Source of the DNA: an uncultured Dictyoglomota bacterium
Lineage (GTDB): Bacteria > Dictyoglomota > Dictyoglomia > Dictyoglomales > Dictyoglomaceae
Reading direction: 5' to 3'
Length of the DNA stretch: 13,319 bases
Assembly: GCA_964654465.1 (NCBI GenBank)
Contig: CAZZIO010000020.1
Location: 1 to 13,319 of the forward strand
Made by a program: the position numbers and the translations under genes. Shown in pieces: positions 7,899-13,319 of the stretch. Positions within the stretch are counted from its first letter, which is position 1. Every line of letters begins with the position of its first letter. The notes under the pieces are model-generated. The model saw only the letters and a list, made by a program, of their open reading frames with translations, made no database searches and was not told the DNA's origin.

Positions 7899-7936
7899 AA
7901 AAATCCCCAAGGCTTTTTAGCCTTGGGGAACTTTTT
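7897..7936. terminator. Bidirectional Rho-independent terminator between convergent manA and TPR genes
   Basis: TCCCCAAGGCT-tttt-AGCCTTGGGGA (7904-7929), flanked by an A-run on the left and a T-run on the right. Confidence 0.9.
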
Positions 7937-7942
7937 CTTAAT

Positions 7943-8674
7943 CTATTTTAATTTAGAAAGTTCTTGTTTTGCTAAAGATACTGACTCTTCATGAGTTTTT
8001 AAGAGCCATGGATGAGGAGGGCTATCTATAACCTTTTGAAACATTTCTTTTGCCAGATCCTTTTTATTCATTTTAAGATACAAATAACCAAGCTCTAAGT
8101 AAACATTAGGATAAATAGGAGTATATTTTAAGGCTTCTTTCATATAATATTCTGCCTTTCCATAATTATATAGGGGAAATGGTACATCCCTATATCTCAT
8201 TCCCATAGCAAGAAGGGCAAAAGTTTTATATAAAGGATCTTCAAGAATCTCTATTGCTTTGCTTATATACCTATCAAAGTCTCCCAACATAAAAAGGCTT
8301 TGTATAATACCTTTATATTGGGCAAGCCTACCAATAGCTGCACCTGCGATATACCAGGCTCTTCCATTTTTGTCATCAAGTTTTATTGCTTTTTCCGCAT
8401 AACTCCTTGCTTTTTCATACATTTTTTCTTTATCCTTTCCAATAACTCCCCAATGTCCATACTCTAAATATGCATCTGCAAGTACCGTAAGAAGATAAGA
8501 ATCTTTTTGAAGATTAGAGTCCTTTTCAAGTTCAGAGATAAGAGATATGATTTTGTTTACATCTCTATCTCTTCTTGCCTCATAAAAAAGATTATTAGCA
8601 GTCTGAAAATCCATAGAAAGTGAGATATTAAAAAGTAATATTAAAGAGAGAATTACAAAAAAGATTTTTCTCAT
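7943..8674 (-). CDS. Secreted tetratricopeptide-repeat protein
   Basis: Signal peptide MRKIFFVILSLILLFNISLS. TPR-like helices (AEKAIKLDDKNGRAWYIAG; PNVYLELGYLYLKMNKKDLAKEMFQKVID). SD GGGGGAGGT. Confidence 0.85.
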   Translation of the reverse strand: MRKIFFVILSLILLFNISLSMDFQTANNLFYEARRDRDVNKIISLISELEKDSNLQKDSYLLTVLADAYLEYGHWGVIGKDKEKMYEKARSYAEKAIKLDDKNGRAWYIAGAAIGRLAQYKGIIQSLFMLGDFDRYISKAIEILEDPLYKTFALLAMGMRYRDVPFPLYNYGKAEYYMKEALKYTPIYPNVYLELGYLYLKMNKKDLAKEMFQKVIDSPPHPWLLKTHEESVSLAKQELSKLK

Positions 8675-8692
8675 ATACTACCTCCCCCTAAA

Positions 8693-9442
8693 CTATTTTT
8701 CAGAGATAACAATCATTCTACGGGAAGAAATAGAAAGAGAACTACTATCATATCCTCCCAAGAATTTTATCACTTTTAATCCTACCATCTCCAAAAGTAG
8801 TTTAATCTCTGTAGGTGTATATACTCTTATAAAAAATGGCTTTTCCTTTATCTTACCATCTCTTATTATTATTCTCCTTGCATAAATTCTACTCTCCGTA
8901 ATATCTATAAAATTAAAATCAATCATATAATTCCCTTCTTTTTCTATAACAGTATAAGGTAAAAAATTCCTAAGAATAAAATCCCTATTACTTATATCAA
9001 GCAAAAATTTTCCACCTTTTTTAAGTGATCTTGCAGTATTTTTAAGAATCTTAAAATTTTCCTCATCTTCATAATATCCAAAGGAAGTAAACATAGATAT
9101 TATCACATCAAACTCTTCATTATAATCCATATCTCTAACATCCTTTAAAATATAATTAACCTTCACTCCCAACCTTTCTGCATCCTTTTTTGCCATATCC
9201 AAAAATTTCTCATTTATATCCAATCCAGTAACATCATGCCCTAATAATGCAAGTCTATTTGCATGCCTTCCATATCCACAAGCCATATCAAGAATCTTTT
9301 TTTGTTCTTTTAAATCAAGTTCCCTTCTTATAAAATCTACCTCTATTTGTGTCATTTCCTCATTAAGCATATCTTCATAAAAATATATGTAGTCTTCTGG
9401 GTCAAAAATTTCCTCCCAGTTAGGCTTAAAACCTTTCTCCAT
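8693..9442 (-). CDS. Class I SAM-dependent methyltransferase
   Basis: Motif I ILDMACGYGRH, VTGLDI, DVRDM, FDVIISMFTSFGY and LKKGGKFLLD. SD AGGGAGGT at 9460-9453. Confidence 0.92.
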   Translation of the reverse strand: MEKGFKPNWEEIFDPEDYIYFYEDMLNEEMTQIEVDFIRRELDLKEQKKILDMACGYGRHANRLALLGHDVTGLDINEKFLDMAKKDAERLGVKVNYILKDVRDMDYNEEFDVIISMFTSFGYYEDEENFKILKNTARSLKKGGKFLLDISNRDFILRNFLPYTVIEKEGNYMIDFNFIDITESRIYARRIIIRDGKIKEKPFFIRVYTPTEIKLLLEMVGLKVIKFLGGYDSSSLSISSRRMIVISEK

Positions 9443-9576
9443 AAAAAAAATAACCTCCCTTTTGAAGGCTATAATTCTAAAAAATTATACAATAAAAACT
9501 ATAAAAAACCATTCTATTAATGAGTATATTAACTATTTATACACTTTAAGGTGTAAAAGGTTCTTTATAGAGAGGC

Positions 9577-9607
9577 AAAAATAAAAAGCCCCCCTTTCGG
9601 GGGGCTT
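9577..9607 (-). terminator. Rho-independent terminator after the solute-binding protein gene
   Basis: Minus strand reads AAGCCCCCC-GAAA-GGGGGGCTT then TTTATTTTT: a GC stem, GNRA tetraloop and U-tract just after the stop codon. Confidence 0.92.
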
Positions 9608-9612
9608 ATTTT

Positions 9613-11502
9613 TTACTTCCTTCCTGTTGGCTTCAAGAATGGTAACATGTACTTGAAGTTAGGCCAATGATGATATGGTATACAATATGGATTTTCTGCT
9701 GTTGGATAATTGGTCCAGTAGTATTCATCATACCCTACTACTCCTGGATATGTGAATGTTGGAATTGTTGGCATATCTTGAGCTACTATCTTTAATCCTT
9801 CCATTCCTAATGCCTTGTTCTTTGGAGAATCCCAACTTACTTTTTGCATTTCTTTTATGATTTGGTCAAGTTTTGGATTGGTCCATCTACATTGATGGCC
9901 TGGATAGTATTCACCAAGTGGTCTGTAATATGCTGAATCAAATTGCTCAAGAGTTCTGTATAAGTCTGGATGTCCACCCCATGGCTCTCTTGCTGGCCAT
10001 TGTCCTGATGTGGATACTTCAAAATCACCTACGTTCATTAATGTTCCGTCATTTTCTGTAGCATATACCTCAGTATCTATTCCAAACTTCTTCCACACTT
10101 GAGATAATGCAAAGGCATTCCTGAAGTTAACTGATGCTGGGTTGGGTGGTGTTAATATGGTGATCTTCCATGGTTTACCTTCTGGTGTTAACCATTTTCC
10201 ATCTTTATCTCTCTTGAATCCATTCTTTATAAGTAATTTCTCCGCCACATCTGGTGCATACTTATACCAACCTAATCCAAATATCTTTCTAATTTCATTA
10301 GGATCACTTGGTACATTGTATCCTCTCTTCTTTGCATATTCTGCTATCCTCATTGGTACATCTGGATCATATACTTTAAATGGTTTTCCATCTACTGTAA
10401 TTGTTAGATTCTTTAACCATGGTTCAAGTGGCTTGAAGTACCATTCCATATAAGCTGGAGTTGCAGGTATATGTAAGGCTGATACTGTTACTGCTCCGTC
10501 ATAAGCAAGTCCTACATACTCTACTATATCTATTGCTAATGTTAATGCCCATCTCACTTCCTTATTATTCCATGGAGCCTTTGCATTGTTAAATATTACT
10601 CCACTTACACATGGGTCTACGTTCACTATGTATGGAAATTCTTTTCTATATGCCCTTGCATATTTATTTGTTGATAATACCGATCTCAATCCTTCCATAG
10701 TTAGATCTGCCATGTCTAATTGATGGTTATTCATTGCAAGTACTTGTTTTTCTGTTGGTCCATAGTAATAGAAGAGTACATATTTAGGTTGTGGCATTCC
10801 AAAGAGTTTTCCTGTTGGTGTCCTTTGCCAGTCTTCTCTTCTCTGCCAGAGTACCCAGTATCCACCTGGATCATAGCTATGTAATACATATGGTCCAGAA
10901 CTTATTGGTGGTTTGAAATCAAAGGATATAGGATCTTTTACTTTCTCAAATACATGTTTTGGTAATGGCCTACAAGCTCCCCATCTATCTAAGAAATAGG
11001 CATGGAATCTGGCATTGGGCTTCTTCAATTCAAATACTACAGTATATTTGTCTGTTTTGTATACTCTTTTTACATACTCAGTAAAAGTAGCATTGTATCC
11101 TAATTCCTGATATTTCATAATAAGTTCTACAGTATACACCAAGTCATCAGCTGTGAATTCTACTCCATCACTCCAGTAGCATCCCTCTCTTAATTTTACT
11201 ACCATCTTTGTAAAATCACTGTTATATATTGGCTTTTCTTTTGCAAGAGCATTTATAACCTTTCCAGTTGCTGGATCTACTATCCATATTGGTTCAAGCA
11301 TTAATTGTTGTATTCCTCTATCGGGTGATCTCCATGTGGCTGGCCATACATTGAAGTTGTCTGGTGATCCAATTCTTCCACTCAATATATTAGCTACTAT
11401 AGTTTCATTTCTTGGTACATTTGGTCCTAATTGTGAAAAGGCTGTTTGAGATAATGTGAATACCATTAACAACACTAAACTCAAGAAAACTAACTTCTTC
11501 AT
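9613..11502 (-). CDS. ABC transporter substrate-binding protein, family 5 (Opp/Dpp fold; Thermotoga-type oligosaccharide-binding subgroup)
   Basis: PRNET N-terminus, family 5 signature (LA....YNSDFT...VKLREG..WSDGVEFTADDLVYT), GPY.L, NKEVRWAL..AID, and C-terminal YWTNYPTAENPY. Sec signal peptide without a lipobox Cys. Confidence 0.9.
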   Translation of the reverse strand: MKKLVFLSLVLLMVFTLSQTAFSQLGPNVPRNETIVANILSGRIGSPDNFNVWPATWRSPDRGIQQLMLEPIWIVDPATGKVINALAKEKPIYNSDFTKMVVKLREGCYWSDGVEFTADDLVYTVELIMKYQELGYNATFTEYVKRVYKTDKYTVVFELKKPNARFHAYFLDRWGACRPLPKHVFEKVKDPISFDFKPPISSGPYVLHSYDPGGYWVLWQRREDWQRTPTGKLFGMPQPKYVLFYYYGPTEKQVLAMNNHQLDMADLTMEGLRSVLSTNKYARAYRKEFPYIVNVDPCVSGVIFNNAKAPWNNKEVRWALTLAIDIVEYVGLAYDGAVTVSALHIPATPAYMEWYFKPLEPWLKNLTITVDGKPFKVYDPDVPMRIAEYAKKRGYNVPSDPNEIRKIFGLGWYKYAPDVAEKLLIKNGFKRDKDGKWLTPEGKPWKITILTPPNPASVNFRNAFALSQVWKKFGIDTEVYATENDGTLMNVGDFEVSTSGQWPAREPWGGHPDLYRTLEQFDSAYYRPLGEYYPGHQCRWTNPKLDQIIKEMQKVSWDSPKNKALGMEGLKIVAQDMPTIPTFTYPGVVGYDEYYWTNYPTAENPYCIPYHHWPNFKYMLPFLKPTGRK

Positions 11503-11532
11503 AAAATCACTAACCCCCTAACTTAATTTTTT

Positions 11533-11546
11533 GAGAAACGTTTTGA
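11533..11546. promoter_or_regulatory. Putative LacI-family operator (proximal)
   Basis: GAGAAACGTTTTGA with palindromic core AAACGTTT (11536-11543) centred on CG, in the SBP leader. Confidence 0.5.
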
Positions 11547-11603
11547 TACATAGAGAAAAAAACCTTTTTTCTTCTTTTTCCACCTCCCTTTAAAAACTTA
11601 TAC

Positions 11604-11615
11604 GCAATCGTTTGT
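11604..11615. promoter_or_regulatory. Putative LacI-family operator at the predicted transcription start
   Basis: GCAATCGTTTGT (minus strand ACAAACGATTGC), a CG-centred near-palindrome directly downstream of the -10 box. Confidence 0.55.
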
Positions 11616-11620
11616 AGAAT

Positions 11621-11649
11621 ATTATATACCTAAAATTAAAAAAATACAA
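11621..11649 (-). promoter_or_regulatory. Sigma70/sigmaA promoter of the solute-binding protein gene
   Basis: Minus strand TTGTAT (11649-11644), 17 nt, TATAAT (11626-11621). Confidence 0.75.
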
Positions 11650-11673
11650 TAAAATTTTTAATCAAAAAATACT

Positions 11674-12435
11674 TTACTTATTTATATACAACATACTCTC
11701 AATAATTACAGAAAAGGAAAGTAAAAGAAAGGATAAAAGATAAAAAATATCTACCCAATTAGATATACCATAATTCCCAAATATATATGAAAAAACAATA
11801 TCAGCAATTGTACATGCAGATATACCAAGAATAAAGTAAGCATAACTCTTCGCTACTTTACCACCCCAAAATTGAATCATAAGCACAAAAGCTAAAACCA
11901 GTAAAATAAAATCACCAAGAAGATAAAAAACATTTAAGGTCTTCTCAAGCCAATGAGTGTTAGAAACTAAAATCGGAAGTACAACTTGCTGAATAAGAAG
12001 GCCTAAAAATACCAATGATATTATTATAATCATAAACTTTTCAGAAGGATTTAACTCAATCCTCAAAAGCCTTATAAAATAGGTAAGAAATATGAAGGCA
12101 AGAAGATAAAAAAGAGCATAAAAAATATCAGATATACCAGGAAAAGGAGCCTCTTGATTCAAAAATATGGCATAAAAATTCCAAATTGTATCACCTACGA
12201 AGAGAAAGATTAAGCTCAAAACCAAGAAAAACCAGCCAATCCAACCTTTCCATTTACGGTCCACTTTAAGAAAGTAATAAAGGGCAATTCCCAAAGAGAG
12301 AGTAATGGAAAACTGATAAAGAATTGGATAGAATCTTTGTTCCACCAACAAGAAACTTACACCTAAAAATACTAAAAATGGAAGTAAAAAGAGAATAATA
12401 AATAAAATACTAAGCCTTTTATATGTCGTATTCAA
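11674..12435 (-). CDS. Polytopic (about 7-8 TM) membrane protein resembling the membrane sensor module of GGDEF/histidine kinase proteins, with no output domain
   Basis: Repeated hydrophobic segments with GD.IW..Y...PFPGISDIFY and Y..GD...W.G...IADI.FSY...WVDIFY motifs. TTG start after a purine-rich SD (AAGGGGGAAGGGA). Confidence 0.7.
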   Translation of the reverse strand: MNTTYKRLSILFIILFLLPFLVFLGVSFLLVEQRFYPILYQFSITLSLGIALYYFLKVDRKWKGWIGWFFLVLSLIFLFVGDTIWNFYAIFLNQEAPFPGISDIFYALFYLLAFIFLTYFIRLLRIELNPSEKFMIIIISLVFLGLLIQQVVLPILVSNTHWLEKTLNVFYLLGDFILLVLAFVLMIQFWGGKVAKSYAYFILGISACTIADIVFSYIFGNYGISNWVDIFYLLSFLLLSFSVIIESMLYINK

Positions 12436-12450
12436 AATCCCTTCCCCCTT

Positions 12451-13319
12451 TCAAAACTCAATATTCTCTGGATTCAACCTATCAAGAAGCTCAATTATTA
12501 CCTTATCATTCTGATTTCCTTCCAAAAACTTCTTATAAGCTTGCATATATTTTTGCTTAACGAATTTCTCACCCCATATACCAGCAAGCTCTCTATTTAT
12601 TCTTGCTATAAGTTCAACAACCTCCTTCTCTACCTCATCATAACTTTCCATAATTTCATTTTTAACTGTAAAATTGTTATTTGAACATATTAATGATTTC
12701 TCTAATATCTTTAAATTTTTTAATAAACTTTCCATATTTTTAATATACATTCCAAATTCAGTGTAGTAATTAATCACGTAATTAACATATTCCAATAACT
12801 TTTTTGTCCAAGAAGTTATATCTTCTTCTATAAAGCTAAACTTCAAAGAAGGAATATTTAATCTTTCAAATTCCTCTTCTCTTACTTGATAGAAACTAAG
12901 AAGATTTTCTTTATTCTCAAAAAACTCAGAAATAGAAAGTTCATCTTTTAAAATCCCATCCCTTTCTTGATAACAACCTAAAAATTTACCTTTACTAAAT
13001 AAAAAATGAATCTTATCAGAAGGACTTTCAATCAATATATGAGATATGGTGTTTTCTTTTTTGGCTTCCTCCACTAATTTATCGGCCACAAAGAGATAGG
13101 TTTCTTCCTGAAAAATTTTAGGAGTAGAAAAATAACTTATTAAAATAGACAAAACTATCTCTTTTTCAAGAGAATAAAGAGATATTAAATTGGATCTTGC
13201 AATAAAATCATTTACAAATATCTCAATAGAAGCATTATCTTCTGCCAAAATCTCTGTTTCTCTAATAGTGTATGCTTTAGGTACAACACCATTATAAATT
13301 AATATCTCTGTTATAAAAT
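12451..13319 (-). CDS. Hypothetical protein, 5'-truncated by the window edge; possible tandem PATAN/DUF4388/DUF2226-like domains plus a helical C-terminus
   Basis: The frame stays open upstream of the track's TTG 13248 to the window end (...FITEILIYNGVVPKAYTIRETEIL-AEDNAS...) with no SD before that TTG. Two similar beta-rich units: ILIYNGVVPKAY...ISLYSL and FLFSKGKFLGCY...LSFYQV. Confidence 0.6.
   Translation of the reverse strand, partial: FITEILIYNGVVPKAYTIRETEILAEDNASIEIFVNDFIARSNLISLYSLEKEIVLSILISYFSTPKIFQEETYLFVADKLVEEAKKENTISHILIESPSDKIHFLFSKGKFLGCYQERDGILKDELSISEFFENKENLLSFYQVREEEFERLNIPSLKFSFIEEDITSWTKKLLEYVNYVINYYTEFGMYIKNMESLLKNLKILEKSLICSNNNFTVKNEIMESYDEVEKEVVELIARINRELAGIWGEKFVKQKYMQAYKKFLEGNQNDKVIIELLDRLNPENIEF

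Noticed and set aside
6434-7910. Small ORFs 6434..6667 (+), 6618..6809, 6946..7149, 7128..7319 and 7701..7910 (-)
   Set aside because: All overlap the well-supported mannanase gene in other frames or on the other strand, with no motif support.
9873-10453. Plus-strand ORFs 9873..10061 and 10142..10453
   Set aside because: Antisense shadows of the solute-binding protein gene.
13246-13248. TTG start of the last ORF
   Set aside because: It has no SD and the frame stays open to the window edge, so the true start lies outside the window.

Overview
AT-rich bacterial chromosomal window, most likely from a Dictyoglomus-like thermophile. This is inferred from the CBM35-GH26 mannanase, which closely resembles D. 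thermophilum ManA as I recall it, and from the non-lipidated family 5 solute-binding protein. In order it contains: the 5' end of a GH3 beta-glucosidase (-), an NH3-dependent NAD synthetase with an unusual insertion (-), an SDR oxidoreductase (+), a YgiQ-type radical SAM protein translationally coupled to a CDF metal exporter (-), a secreted PPC-repeat/C-type lectin protein (+), a CBM35-GH26 beta-mannanase (+), a secreted TPR protein and a class I methyltransferase (-), an orphan oligosaccharide-type ABC solute-binding protein with LacI-like operators (-), a stand-alone sensor-like polytopic membrane protein (-), and a window-truncated PATAN/DUF4388-like protein (-). The ORF track miscalls the lectin gene. 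Its frame is open from 4750, and its real SD+ATG (4742) sits one base out of frame across overlapping X XXY YYZ slippery heptamers. A -1 shift or one added base would give a signal peptide and a ~530 aa protein. Two leaders of secreted-protein genes also share an orphan GGGAGGTG element resembling a stabilizer Shine-Dalgarno. No RNA genes, mobile elements or CRISPR arrays were seen.
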